Positions 14,070 to 28,943 of a stretch of DNA of 64,000 nt are shown in pieces. The notes beneath the pieces were generated by a model. That model saw nothing but the letters and a program-made list of their open reading frames with translations. It was not told the DNA's origin and did no database searches. Where the stretch lies: assembly GCF_006345805.1 (NCBI RefSeq), contig NC_043012.1, positions 24,862,001 through 24,926,000 of the forward strand. Direction: 5' to 3'. A program made the position numbers and the translations under genes. Within the stretch, counting starts at the first letter, position 1. Every line of letters starts with the position of its first letter. This DNA comes from Octopus sinensis (lineage: Eukaryota).

Positions 14070-14260
14070 TTAGAAATAGCAGCTAAATATTCCTCTGCTC
14101 ACAATAAGACAGTCTTGGAAAGAAGAGGAGTGGCGCATTCGACAATGCAAGCTATTAGATGTTCGAAAAATACGGGAAGTTTCACTACTGGAACATCTTT
14201 GATCATTGGTCTTCATGGTCGAGGCTGACCTGCAGCGAAATAACAACAACAGCAACAACA
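14070..14260 (+). mobile_element. Interspersed repeat family D with (CAA)n tail
   Basis: GAAATAGCAGC...TTTGATCATTGGTC...GGCTGACCTG then (CAA/CAG)n. Reverse-complement relatives at ~30540-30720, ~35585-35690 and ~50866-51035. Confidence 0.6.
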
Positions 14261-14444
14261 ATACCAACAGCACCAGCACCAACACCAGCAACACCACCAG
14301 CAGCAGCAGCAGTAGCAGCAGCAATCAGTCCTTGGTGTACATGACAGTTTCGTGTACATTCAATTATTTGAATAACATTCAACAAAAATCCATGTAAAGG
14401 AAACTCACTCGAACACATACAGACATGAATACACACACACACAA

Positions 14445-14494
<50 letters not shown>

Positions 14495-14865
14495 GCACAC
14501 ACACACATAAACACACACACACGTTAAACAAGCATTTTATTCTCAAAGGCCTTTAACTTTTCTCTCTCTCGAATGTGCATGGAAATGTTTTTGATTAGAA
14601 TTTTTTGTTTTTAAATATTGTCTTTGGGTATGTATAACCAATTGCAGGCAAACACACACCGATATATATATATAGTTTTAGTGTTCCTGTTGATGCGTTT
14701 GTACATACGTTTGTGTGTAGATACATGTATATGGGTATATATGGATATATGTGGGTATAAATACATAATTTTACACACACATACAAAGACACACACACAC
14801 ATACACACATACTTCCTTAATTGCCTACACATGTGAGGACACGTATATAAGTGTATATATATAAG

Positions 14866-14956
<91 letters not shown>

Positions 14957-15733
14957 CTATATAATATAATATATATATTTAATATATATAGTATATATAC
15001 ATACAGACATACACACACATATTTGCATATGAAGTTTTGTTTTCCCGATCTCTCTCTGCTTCTCTTTATCTACCCCCTCCTCCTTCTCCTCTTTCCTCCA
15101 TTACTAGAAACAGTAGCTAAATTATCTTCAATCATTCGTCTTAGATAATCTTTCGTCTTTATGATAATTCTTGTCATATAAACAACCATTTCCGCCAACC
15201 AATGCAACCACCCCGAGGCATTACAAACATAAAAGCTATTCCAGACAATATCTTTAACACAATAGCTTCTGCAACCCTAATTTTCTTTATTTTTACTTTC
15301 GGAATCTCTCTACCATTTATTTATTTCTTCTTTGCTTTCTTTCGTTCTTTCCTTCTATCTTTCTGTCTGTCGTCCTGTCTTTAGCCCCCCCCCACCGCCT
15401 CCACTGTTTCACGGTTCTTCTCTTCTTCTTCTTCTTCTTCTTCTTCTTCTTCTTCTTCTTCTTCTCTTCTTCTTCCTCTTCTTCTTCTTCTTTCTTCTTC
15501 TTCTTCTTCTTTTTCTTCTTCTTCTTATGTTTCTGTGTTTCTTGTTTGTCCTTTGCTTTCTTTATTTTAATGTATTGTATGTTTATTTCTGTTTTTGACT
15601 CTTGTTTTATTTTTATTTTTTGCATGCTTCTGCTTACAACATTATACTCATACCCACCACCACCACCACCACCACCATCATCGCCACCATCATCGCCATC
15701 GTCACCATCACCATCATAATCATCATCATCATC

Positions 15734-15765
<32 letters not shown>

Positions 15766-15960
15766 CATCATCACAATCGTCACAATCATCGTCATCATCG
15801 TCATCATTCATTTGCTTCTTCGTCATCCAATTCAGCCTCATCACTTTTCTTATAATTCTTGAAAATCGTCGTCGTCGTCGTCTTCACCTTCCCAGCATCG
15901 ATAACATTTATACACATACATATATACATACCTACCTACCTACCTACATACATACATACA

Positions 15961-15993
<33 letters not shown>

Positions 15994-16765
15994 GATATAT
16001 GTATGTAGTTGTGTATAATATACGATATATAGTATATGTTTCTGTGTATGTATGTGATTTTATGTTTCTGTACGTATGTGTGCGCGTAAGTATATAATCA
16101 TTCTTTCCTCTTCGTCTCCAATAATTTGTTTATTCACCAGCATCACCGACAGCAATGACAGCAGTAGTAGTAGTAGTTAGTTGGCGATGATGATAATGAT
16201 GATGATGATGAGCATGATTATGATGATTGATGATGATGGGTGGTGGTGGGGTGGTGGTGGTGATGCTGAGTTGTGGGTGATGGTGGTGATGATCTTTACA
16301 GTCCTGATTCCACTACGTCTTGTACTTCATAGCCACAACATAAAATAAACACCCCCCTCTCTCTGCACTTCTTTCTCCTTCTAATTCCCTCACTGTCTCT
16401 ATCTCATCTTATCTCTCCCCCCCTCTCTCTCTCTCTCTCTGCCTCTCTTTGTCCAGTTGTCTCTTTCTCCTTTCTCTCTTTCGCCCGCTTTCTCTTCTGT
16501 TTCACTCTCTCCCTCTCTATGTCACACCTTATCTCCTCCTCTCTCCCTCTGTCTGTCAGCCTATTTCTATCTCTGTTTCCACCTCACTTCTCTGCCCCCT
16601 TCTCTCTAAACCAACCTGTCGACACTATACAAGATCTTCATCGCATTTCTTCACAACTGTCTTTCCCCTTTGCCTTCCCCCTTTTTCTACTCCTTAATCT
16701 TTCCTTCCTTTTCCCTCCCTTTTCTTTCTTTCCTACTGTTTCTATATATCTTTCTCTCTTTAATA

Positions 16766-16818
<53 letters not shown>

Positions 16819-16954
16819 ATTATTATTATCATTATTATCATTATTATATCATTCTCATTATTATCATTATTATTATTATTATCATATTATTATTATTTTA
16901 TATTATTTATTATTATCATCATCAGCATCTCATCATCATCTCATCTCATCATCA

Positions 16955-17005
<51 letters not shown>

Positions 17006-17277
17006 TTATATTTCAGAAGTGATATCTTGCAAACTGTATGCAGCGGGTGCCACTTTTTGCTGTGTTGTTGATGATGATGATGATGATGATGATATGATGA
17101 TGATGATGGTAACGATGATGATGAGGATGAGGAGGATGATGACGATAATGATGATCAAGTTGTTATCGTTGCTGTTCGTTGTTTCATGTCCATAAATCGT
17201 ATTATTTTTTATCTCACCAAAACCAAGCCGAACGTCTGAATTAATTCAACCAAGTAGAACGTTTACAAAACATTAAA

Positions 17278-17319
<42 letters not shown>

Positions 17320-17349
17320 CATAACAAAGTAGCTAGTTAGAATATATGA

Positions 17350-17386
<37 letters not shown>

Positions 17387-18346
17387 ATCCATAAACATAT
17401 ATATGTATATATATATACATATGCATATACATATATATATATTACATATATATAGAGATATATACACATATGCATATCATATAGATATAGATACTGTATA
17501 TACATTATATATACACATTTGCATATACATATATATGTATAACATACATATACATATACACATATATGGTATATATACATACACACATATACATATACAT
17601 ATATATAGACATAAAAATATATATACATTATAACATATATATATATATATATATATAGATACATAGATATAAGTAGATATATAGATATATATATATACTA
17701 ATATATATATATATATATATACATATATATTCATATATATACATATACATATATATATAAATACATTATATCTATATACACGCACAACAGGAGAGATAAA
17801 TGTTTGTGTATGTTTTTGGTGTTGTGTATGTTTACATGAAGAATGAAAACAATAACGTAATAATGAAGAGAAAAATATACAATAAAACAAAGAATAAAAA
17901 GAAAAGAAGCGGGAAAAAACGGCGGAAGCGCAAAAAATTGTTTGATGGTAAATACAACTGTTTGCAAATAAATGTCTGCAATACGTGTGTGCTTGTGTGT
18001 GTGGGTGTTGTGTGTTGTGGTGTGTGTGTGGGTTGTGTGTGTGGTGTATGTGTGTGTGTGTGTGTGTGTCATAAATTTGTAATCTATATAAATATATTAT
18101 ATATGTAAATACACATTATGTGCATGATATGCATTACACATATATATATATCATATATAGATATATATATATATATGTATGTACATTAAAAATGTATATG
18201 TTTTATATATATGCATGTACATATGTATATATATGTATGTGTATGATAAATATATACCATGAATTCATAATATATATATATATATATAAACACATATATA
18301 TATACATATGTATATATAGATATATATATACACATACATATACATA

Positions 18347-18409
<63 letters not shown>

Positions 18410-19024
18410 AAATAAATATTGTACATACATGTGTGCGCGTGTGCCCATGTATGAATGCGTAATTTATGCATCATGTATATTATATATTTCTATAAAAAAT
18501 ATGAATCTATTTACATGCATATAATAATTATATACATATACATACGTGAATGCATACAGTTGTGTTTATGCATGAAAATGTGTTTGCGCGCGTGCGTGCG
18601 TGTGTATGTGCGATCGTGTGTAAGTAAATACGTAAGTTTAAATTCTAATTTTACTCTAGTCCTCTTCGTTGCTCTCCTTTTCTCTTTTTATATTTGTCTG
18701 TGTGTCGGCAACCTTTTCACTCCCCCTTTTTGTTTCCCTTCTATATTATTTATTTGTTTGTTTGTTTGTTGTTTCTTTCTCTCCAATCCTTTATCTGTCT
18801 TCTTTCTGTTTCTTTCTTTCTCTCTTTCTCTTCTCCTTACTTATTTTTCACTATGATTATATAAATATTGTGCTTGCACATACACATACACAAACATATA
18901 AGTATTTATGCCTATAGACGTTATACACTCGCTCTCAACCACGGACAGATACATCTTCCTCTTATATGTGGAAGATATAGGTGTGTGTGTGTGTGTGTGT
19001 GTCTTAATGGTGGGGACACAGCAC

Positions 19025-19078
<54 letters not shown>

Positions 19079-19085
19079 GTAGATT

Positions 19086-19148
<63 letters not shown>

Positions 19149-20899
19149 CTACACAAATTCTTGCACACCAAGACAATGCGTGTTATGTAAGTGCACATGT
19201 GTACGTCTGCATTTGTTTTATCTCGATGTATGACATATGTATAGCTATTTAGAGACTCACATAGATGTGACGATCATTTCACTCTTATATAACAACGCCG
19301 AAGGTTATACATTTGTAGAACGATGACGATATCATTTGTATATATAATTAGGCATTTTAAATGATCAGTTTGCCAATTGAGATTATGCGTAACATATAAT
19401 CTGAACCGGAAATGCAGATAGTTTCTCCGACCCTCCTTTACACTGCATCACAAATGGTGGTAATTCTAGTTATCTAATAAGGAACGGTCATGTTTAAAAA
19501 GCACCCTTCATAAGCAAATACATCTCTACCAACAACACAATATCATAAATTGGATTGGTGGTGCAAACAGGGTTTTATGATATGATGGTGTTGGAGGCAG
19601 TGCCGGTGCTGGTGGAAATCGTAATGGTAATGATAATGGTAATTGGCGGCTACATTTGGTTTCGTTGTAATTCTGGAGATGTTTGCGATGTCGCTGTAGT
19701 TTGGCTTTCTCTCTCTCTCTCTCTCAATCAATAGCCGGGCGCCAATTTTTGATCAATGTCTGTATGATGGAATTTACAACCACTCATTCAGTTGGTACTT
19801 AGAAAGGGTAGAAATAAAAAGAAAAAAAAAATATTAAAAAAAAAAGCTGAATAAAACTAATAAATATATAAGTAAATAAATTTAAAAAATTGGGAGGAAT
19901 CTCTTTAATACATGTAAATGGTCGCAAGAAACTTTTATGGTTCGCCACAATTCAATATTTCCACAGCTTCTAACAAACAACGTTTAGCTTTGATAGTAAC
20001 CGATATGCCGTTTTATGAACTACGTTAAACAACTAAACTATCAGACATTAAATTAAGACTGTTTGCGATTGTGTTATATAATTAATTATTTTATAGAAAC
20101 TATTTGTTCTTTCTTGCAGCCGTTTCGGTTCGGTTCATTCATTTATAACATATCGAATCAGCTTTTTGTGAGAAAGTTTATAGAATTAGTTTAAACATAC
20201 AGCACCATAGGGGGTATTTCTAGTATGGCCTAGACCAATGCAAACTGAATGATTTGTCAAAATCACGGTTCGGCCCCAATGACGTCCTATCCTACCTAAT
20301 CCGTTAAGCGTTGCACCCGGTTCGGATTTCTTCAAACACTACGTTTTTCATTTATTGTTTATTGTCATATAAATACGAGCAACTGTACCCAGCCTTTTAT
20401 TAAACCCGTACCCATGGTTTATTAATTCTTAAAACAAATAGAATCACTGTAATTCGTTATATTTTAGAAAAATTGCTTTGAAAAAGATTTCTGTCAGCCT
20501 TGAGTTCTGAGAATATTAATTCATTCAGAAACTTTTTATTAAAGGCAATCAGAAAGTGGTTCAAATTGAATTTCATGAAAAAAAAATTGCAAAAAAAAAT
20601 AATAAAGTTAGCCTCGACCAAACTTGAACTCAGAACATAACTAACATACTGCAAGACATTTTGCCCGACACTCAACCTATTCAACAACACATTGCCCTTA
20701 TTGTCAGATTTTTCTTCATAAATTTTCTTCAGTTCATTTTTTTTTCAATAGAATTTAAAATGAAATCTTTATCTTAAATTTTTCTTTATTATTTTCTTGT
20801 AAAACATTTCTTTTTCAAAATACTACATTAATTTACATAATTACTTCCAAATAATTCATTTTCCTGTTCAGTAATTTTTCCAGTATCTTTTACAAGACA

Positions 20900-21560
20900 T
20901 GTTACCGAGGAGCCCTAACAGTTTGGGATAAGCTCACTAAACACGGTCATCCTGGCCCCTCGGCCTGTCCAAGGTGCGGGCGGGACGTGGAAACCGTCCT
21001 GCACGCTATTGTTCAGTGTCCGGGTGTGTCAGAAGTGAGGAGAGTACAGCTATCGTCTGAGCCAATTTTTAAAATTGACCCACCGGATTTCCTTACGGAA
21101 GAAGGTAAGAATTGTTTTCTCGTGGTAGCAGCAATCGCGAAAGAAGGGATTTGGAAGTCGAGAGTGAAAGGCGTAATGACAGGTAGCTTCGTCTCCGGCG
21201 TCGCTTTGGTGAATGTCTTCACCTTTCACCTGAAAAGGAAAATGGGGCTAGAGAGGAGGTGCCTGTCAGCGAGAATGTACAAAGATAGATGGATACGTGT
21301 AGCACGAATGTTGCGTATGAAAGACTCTACGTGAACACGCTATAAAGTTGACCAGAAGGTGTCGGTAGGGAAGCAGGTCTCATGGGGACGGAGCCTGTTT
21401 TAATACCCATTTCTGTTTTTATTGTTTTGTAATTGTCTTTTGTTCATCATTCGATTTTCATATTTGCTCATTTTATTTTATAACCATCCGTATGTGTCTG
21501 ACCCCAATCAGGCTGTATTGTCCCTTCTGTACGTCCCCTTGTGGGAAATAAATAATTTTT
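20900..21560 (+). mobile_element. L1/Tx1-clade LINE 3' end (ORF2 C-terminal zinc knuckle and 3'UTR)
   Basis: Open frame 20900-21334: CYRGALTVWDKL...CPRCGRDVETVLHAIVQC...IWKSR, a CCHC zf-RVT-type motif. Followed by a T-rich 3'UTR ending near AATAAA. Confidence 0.85.
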
Positions 21561-21931
21561 TACAAGACTTAGAAGTTTACAGTATTTTTCGTTCGTTCTA
21601 TTAAAAAAAAAAAAATTCAGAATATTGTTTGTGTTGCATTGAAAGGTCACAGCTCCCGTAGAATGTCGCAGGAAAAATCGCAAGAGAGATTCTCCGATCC
21701 GAAACAACCGGACAGTCCAACGAAAATTATGAGGCCGAAACTTCGAAGTCACAATTACTCTTCTTGTAAAAGCATACATAATAGATATGTGCTTTTCAGT
21801 AATTCTTCAGTTACATGTTAAATTGTTTTATAACTCGACGAAAGCGAAAATTAATCTACATACATATAATGCGTTGGAGAGAGAGAAAACGGTTGACATC
21901 TGCCTATATGTGCAAGCACACTTCTATGTAG

Positions 21932-21962
<31 letters not shown>

Positions 21963-22867
21963 CATGTGAGTGCATGGGTGTGCGTGTGTATTCATCTGTA
22001 TTTGTGTCTGTGTTTCTGTATGAAGACGGTGATTGTTGTAATGTTTCTTTGTTTTACTGAATATATTTATGGTAGATAGACATAAACAGAATAAAATATT
22101 AGCTACAATCTTCTTCGGTATATTCTAGAGAATTCCATTGGTAGGGTGTTGAGAGACAGAGACCAGGCACAGACATGGCGGGTATATAGCAGAGCCAGGA
22201 GTGTTAATTTAAGCCAAATTCTCGTTCTCCCCCACTACCCCAACAATAAAAAAAAAAACAGACATATAAAACATAAATGAAAAGAATAATACACCAGAAA
22301 CTTAACATTAAAAGACTCTTTAAAAATCTTTTAGTTTTAGATTATTTCCTAACCAACATTAAAAAAATATGACGTCTGCTCATATGAGTAAAACCGCTCA
22401 GGGATTAGTTCAGATTAGAATGGATTAAATGGGATTAAGTTTAAGTGGTTTGGGAAATCTGGTACCTGAAATTGCCAAATACTTTCGATGAGATTTTTGG
22501 AGAATTATTTTGACTGTGGTTTCCGCAAGTTTTGGTTGTCTTACCACAAGAAATATGAAATTCCTAACAGCCGAATATAAGACATCGGTTGGAAACTCCA
22601 AAGTAATTAATCTTTTAATTCTTGCAATATACTATAAACTCTGATGAGTTTTTATAAACAAGAGAGGATTAGAGAAACGGTAAGATATATTATGGTGTGA
22701 AAATTGTTAGATCCAAGAGAACTATGATTATTTCATTTGGTTTGATATTTCACGAGTTCAAATTTTGCTTCCTGATTGACATAAGACGTCGAGTTAGACG
22801 ACAATACTTTATATTTATTATTGCTCCAGCACGGCCGCAGTCAAATGACTGAAACAAGTACAAGAAT

Positions 22868-22921
22868 ATATATATATATGGTATATATTATATATATATA
22901 TTATATATATATATATATATA

Positions 22922-22952
<31 letters not shown>

Positions 22953-22953
22953 G

Positions 22954-22998
<45 letters not shown>

Positions 22999-23078
22999 AT
23001 ATATGTATATATATATATATGTATATATATATAATATATATATATATATAATATATAATATTATATATTATATATATA

Positions 23079-23116
<38 letters not shown>

Positions 23117-23440
23117 ATATATATATATATATATTATATATATATATTGTATATATATATGTAATATATATATATGTATATATAGATATGTATATATATA
23201 TAGTATATCTATATATATATATTATTAATATATGTATATATATATGGATATATATATATAATATATATAATATATATATATAATGATATATATATATATA
23301 TATTGTATGTATATATATATATTATATGTATATATTATATGTATATATAATATATGTATATATATATATGTTATATATATGTATATATATATATGTATAT
23401 ATATATATGTAATATATATATATGTATATATATATATTAT

Positions 23441-23503
<63 letters not shown>

Positions 23504-23557
23504 GATATATATTATATATGATATATATATATATATGTATCTATATTATTATATTAT

Positions 23558-23615
<58 letters not shown>

Positions 23616-23652
23616 TATATATGATATATATATATGTTATAGATATAGTATC

Positions 23653-23683
<31 letters not shown>

Positions 23684-23803
23684 GTATATAATATGTAATT
23701 ATATATGTATAATATATATTATATATATATATATGTATATATATATGTATATATCTATATAATATATATATATATATGTTATATATCTTATCTATATATA
23801 TAT

Positions 23804-23837
<34 letters not shown>

Positions 23838-23857
23838 TATGTATATATATATATATA

Positions 23858-23900
<43 letters not shown>

Positions 23901-23905
23901 ATATA

Positions 23906-23945
<40 letters not shown>

Positions 23946-24090
23946 TGTATATATCTATATTATATATATATATATATCTATATATAATATATATGGTATA
24001 TATATATATATATAGATATATATATATATAAATATATATATAATATATATAATATATATCTATCTATATATATATATGGTATATATATCT

Positions 24091-24121
<31 letters not shown>

Positions 24122-24220
24122 GGTATTCTATCTATCTATATATATTATGTATATTATCTATCTATATATATATATATATATATATATATGGTATATTTAT
24201 ATATATATATAATATATATG
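22868..24220. repeat. ~1.35-kb degenerate (TA)n array
   Basis: Directly visible. Confidence 0.95.
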
Positions 24221-24755
24221 TAAAGGAAAGGAAATGCGTTTTTTATGATTTTCAGGGCTTTCATGATGTTTATGGCGTGAAATGGTTGCATCAGGAAAAT
24301 GAAATTGAATGTAACTCGACGAGATTTTTTATCTTCATTACAGAAGTAGCCACAAATGTGTTGTGGATGTCATTTTTATATTTATTAAGGTTGTGAGATG
24401 ACAGAATTGTTGGCAGGTCGGACAAAAGCTTAGCGGCATTTCTTCCGTCTTCACGTTATGAGTTCATATACCCTCGAGATCGAGTTTGCGTTTGAGCAGT
24501 GGGGTCGACGTCCTCTCCCCCAAAATATCAGGCCTTGTGTCCATAGCAGAAGGGATTATTATAATTCTTAGCATGCCGGATAATTCAGTGAGGGTCAAAC
24601 GGAAGACTGGAAATAACTGGCACAATTAAAATGCATACAAAGGTGGAATGGTATTCTTTGTTAGTCAAGGCAGTTACTATGGAAATACTGAGCGCAATAT
24701 TAAAAAATACTGGCTTTGTGCCAAAACTTGGAAACGATATTAAATCACATCTCTT

Positions 24756-24975
24756 AAGGCAGCGAGCTGGCAGAATCGGTAGCACGCAGAGCGAAATGGT
24801 TAGCAGCATTTCATCTGTCGCTACGTTCTGAGTTCAATTTCCGCCGAGGTCGACTTCAGCTTTCATCCTTTAGGAGTAGATAAAATAAATACCAGTTGCG
24901 TACTGGGGTCGATGTAATCGTTATGCCTCCTCCCCAGAAATTGCTGGCCTTTTGCCAAAATTTAAAACCAATATT
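24756..24975 (+). mobile_element. SINE family B
   Basis: GGCAGCGAGCTGGCAGAATC...GTTCTGAGTTCAA...GAGGTCGAC...GGGGTCGATGTAATCG. Confidence 0.85.
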
Positions 24976-25687
24976 AAATCACTCTTCTCTCTTTCTCACT
25001 TACAGAGTGGCGGAATACAATGGTGATGATAAAAGATATATCTGATGACACCATAAACCATCATTCCATCGTGACTTTGTAACAAAGTACAGGCGGGTCA
25101 AAAGCACCGAAGTAAGCATTATTTTCACTTAAGCAGGCTGGAGCAAATTGAAATGAAGTGTCTTGCTCAAGGACAGGAATCCAACCGACGACCTTTTGAA
25201 GGTGAACACAATATTTCTTTCGGGGAAGGTTGGGTGACAATAAAACTTCTCGCGAAGTAGGGTTAAGATATTTCCTTTTATTTCCTTCGCTGTTCGATAA
25301 GCTATTAAGATACTGATGCATTTCTATTGTCGCGCTTCTCTACCAGACAGGCTTTCTTCACCAGGTAACTCCTTGTTTGAGGTAGATTCAGCGAAAGAAG
25401 AAAGCATAGAAACACTTATGCTGCTTCTCTTTTCAAATTCCTCCATTTATTCTCCTTTCTTATTTTCTTCCTTGTTTAATTTCTTTGAAAAATTGATTTT
25501 CGAAGATTGAATCAGTACATGGTTTCAAAACAGGTTCTTTCGCTTTTATGTTCAAAGGGGCCTATTCAATGTTACCCTCTTTCTTGCTTTTAGTTTTGAT
25601 TGGTTTTCCAGTCGAGAAACCTAAGCTGAAAATTATCGTAAATATTAAAATTCTGGAGAATATGTGTTAAACAGAAATTTTTTTTCT

Positions 25688-25902
25688 TTATTGTCCACAA
25701 GGGGCTAAACATAGAGGGAACAACCCCTACATGGCCTTGCTTTTGCTTTTTGAGCCAAAAATTTAACTTAACTTAACTTAAGAACAGACAAAGAGATTAA
25801 GTCGGTTACATCGACCCCAGTGTGTAATTGATACTTATTTAATCGACCCCGAAATTATGAAAGGTAAAATCGACCTCGGCGGAATTTGAACTCAGAACGT
25901 AA
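25688..25902 (-). mobile_element. SINE family B, 5'-truncated
   Basis: Reverse complement of the family B body and tail. Confidence 0.8.
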
Positions 25903-26631
25903 CTGCCTTGACTAACAAAGAATACCATTCCACCTTTGTATGCATTTTACTTGTACCAGTTATTTCCTTTCTTCCGTTTCACTCTCACGGAATTTTACTG
26001 CTTCAGACCGTTCGTTATCTGCCTGAAAGTCCGAAAAGTCTACTTTGGGAACATAACGATGACCCTTTCAAAATTTGTCGTGTAAGTATTTTGAGAACAC
26101 TTCACTGTGATTTATTCACTAATTTTCGTTCCATTTTTCAGAAGATAATTTCTTTGATTGCATTTTTATCTGTTATTCATTACAAATGCGTTTTTTTCTT
26201 CTTTAGATGTCAAAAATTATGTTTATATTTTCTATACAACTATACAAATAGCAAAACGTTGTATCTTCATTTGCTGCTATAAGTTTCCATGTTAGGGTTT
26301 CTTTTTTAATTGTATTCAAATTCAAAGTCGCAACCAATTAAATCAGAAGCTAGTTCCCCTTTCAAAAATAGTAAAACTAATTCCTTTTAATTATTTCCAT
26401 ATTCTTTAAGTGTCATTGGTCTATGAATACGTGTGGCATTAAAGTTTGCGCGGTGAACACCCGATCGTTAAGTCGTGAGTTCGATTCTCGGAGAAGTAGG
26501 GTTTTCTGTCATTGAGTAAGGCATTTTATTTTACATCGCCTCAGTCCACTCAGCTGAAAGTGGATAGCAGAAACAGCCGGAGAATTAACCCTGTAGTTAC
26601 TACTCTTCTGTTGAATGGTAAGCCTTATCTA

Positions 26632-26995
26632 GCGGCAGGCATGGTCGTATGGCTAAGAAACTCGCTTTGTAAGCATATGGTTTCATGTTCAGCCTCAATG
26701 CATTGTACCTTGAGAAATGGTCGTCTCCTATTACCCCCAAGCCGACCAATGCTTTATGAGTGAGTTTAGTAGACGGAAACTATGTGGAAGCCCGTCGTGT
26801 ATATATGTGTGCGTGTATGTGTGTGTATATACACATATATATATATATATTGTTTTTGTGTGTGTCTTCCTACATGCTTAACAACCGGTGCTGGTTTATT
26901 TTCATCTCCGAAACTTAGTGGTTCTGCAAAAGAAACAGATCGAATAAGTACCAAACTTTAAAAAAATAAATACTAACGGTGATATGTTCGGTTGA
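26632..26995 (+). mobile_element. SINE family A, diverged
   Basis: Degenerate head, GTAGACGGAAAC, GACAACCG-like and GAATAAGTAC segments in family A order. Confidence 0.7.
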
Positions 26996-27011
26996 ACCAA
27001 AAAAAAAAAGC

Positions 27012-27220
27012 ATTTACATCTGACGGATATTTGTCCTCATCTTGTTGTTAACACAACGTTTCGGCTGATATAACCTCCAGCCTTCATCAGGTGTCTTGGG
27101 AAAATTTCGAACCTGGATTCTCATTCCTAAGGTATTTTTCGATATTATTATTATTATTATTAATTTTCAGGTTACTGCCTGGAATCGAACTCGAAATCTT
27201 AACCACTACGTCATATACCT
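27012..27220 (-). mobile_element. tRNA-headed element with hammerhead-containing Penelope-type tail
   Basis: Minus strand: A-box TGACGTAGTGG (27203-27213), B-box AGTTCGATTCC (27181-27191), (AAT)n spacer, then the HHR and a 3' end matching 56589-56627. Confidence 0.7.
27050..27095 (-). ncRNA. Minimal type I hammerhead ribozyme
   Basis: GACAC-CTGATGA-A-GGCTG(gaggttatat)CAGCC-GAAA-CG-TT-GTGTT: intact core, 5-bp helix II, palindromic ACGU helix III and 5-bp helix I. Confidence 0.85.
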
Positions 27221-27826
27221 GAAAAAAAAAGCATAGCCGCAGTCTAATGACTGAAACAAGTAAAAGGTAAATGATACTCCCAATTGCTTAAGCTTTCAGC
27301 CTGTAACACCGGTTTACCGGTGGATGGCTTATTTTTCTCTATACTGTAGCACCGGTGGATTGCCAGGTATATGGTCAAATAAGGTTCAGGAGGTCAGGGC
27401 TCCAAGGGTTACATCCACGGAACCCGAGATAAGCGCCTGCTTAATTGGCCAGCATGCTCGAAACGAACTTTTCTAATCCATTTGCATTTTGAGAATCTTG
27501 TTCTTTTAATTTCTTATTGAAATGCTTCAATTTTCGCAGTCTTTCTTTTTATGACTTTCTTCCTTTCAAATACGTCTTTCTTCCTTTTCTCATTCGGTTC
27601 TGTTTCCCATTTATTATGTTTTTACCTTTATCATTTTACTCAATGAGAAGTAAATGAGTGACAGTTCTGTCCACAAGGGTATTTTTCACGGCAGGAGAAA
27701 AGAAAAGGGGGAAAAAATTAACCAAATCAAGAATGCTTATTAAGTCTTTAACGGAGACTTGTTTGTCGGTGATTCATTAAAGATTCGAAGAAACACTGCC
27801 TTCCTGGTGGTTTTCTGATAAGTGTA

Positions 27827-28140
27827 GCGCGTAGCTTCATAGTTAGGGTATTCAGCTCGTGATCGTAAGATCATGAGTTCAATTCCTGTCGACGCGTTGT
27901 GTCCTTGAGCAAGGCACTTTATTTCATGTTGCTCCAATCCACTCAGCTGGCAAAAACGAGTAGTACCTGTATTTCAAAGGGCCAGCCTTGTCACACAGTG
28001 TCACGCTAAATCTCCCCGAGGACTACCCTAAGGGTACACGTGTCTGTGGAGTGCTCAGCCACTTGAACGTTAATTTCCTTAGCAGGATGTTCCGTTGATC
28101 GTATCAGCTGAGACCCTCGTCGTCGTAACCGACGGAGTAC
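27827..28140 (+). mobile_element. SINE family C (tRNA head, CORE-like segment, tail C)
   Basis: GAGTTCAATTCC B-box; GTGTCCTTGAGCAAGGCACTT core; tail as at 10218. Confidence 0.8.
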
Positions 28141-28943
28141 TCCTGCGTATTTCCAACACTGACATTAACCTATGAGGTTATAGCCAATAGTATCGAGCCT
28201 GTATTAGTACTCGACCGCTGCTTGCTGAATTCTTCCCAAAAGAAATAAGGCAAAGTCTGGATGAAGACGATTCGAATTTAGAAGTTAAAGAAATGTAATT
28301 GAACACCACAAGGTATTTTGATGCACTCCCTAACGATTGTGCCAACTTACTGCTTTCCTAATAACGATATTCAACATGTCCCATCCCCTACAAATTTGGA
28401 TTATGGGATGATCAACTCGCTTACATCAATCGAAGTATCCAACTCGCTCTCATTCTATTGATCCTGGCTGCGAAATTTCTTCTGGGTTCAAAATCCGTCG
28501 AGGTTAACTTTGCTGTTCATCTTTTCGGGGGACGAGGATATCAGCCAATCTCTTCTCCCCATAACTAAAAGATTTATGCCCAAATTTGAAACCGCTTCTG
28601 GAATGGAGAAAAGCTGTTTCTGGCAGAATGGAAAAGCAGCCGGAACGGAATGAGACAGTTGGGCGCAGCACTTTGGATGCTGATATGGCATGGCTGACTG
28701 GACATTCAAGCTGCTTTGGCGCTTGAGGCAAGCGTGCGAGCGCAGAAATGTACACAATATAGAATGAGAGAGATTATAATTTAATTGACGATTGACATAA
28801 GCATTTTCCTTCTCAAACACATAAGAGAAATATGTTCACATACAGAGAGAGAGAGAGAGAGAGAGATTAAAAAGCTTGATATCCCATAAACCAGCGGCAC
28901 CAAATAGGTGGGGCCAGGACGGCTATGGCAAACGTTTCATAAG

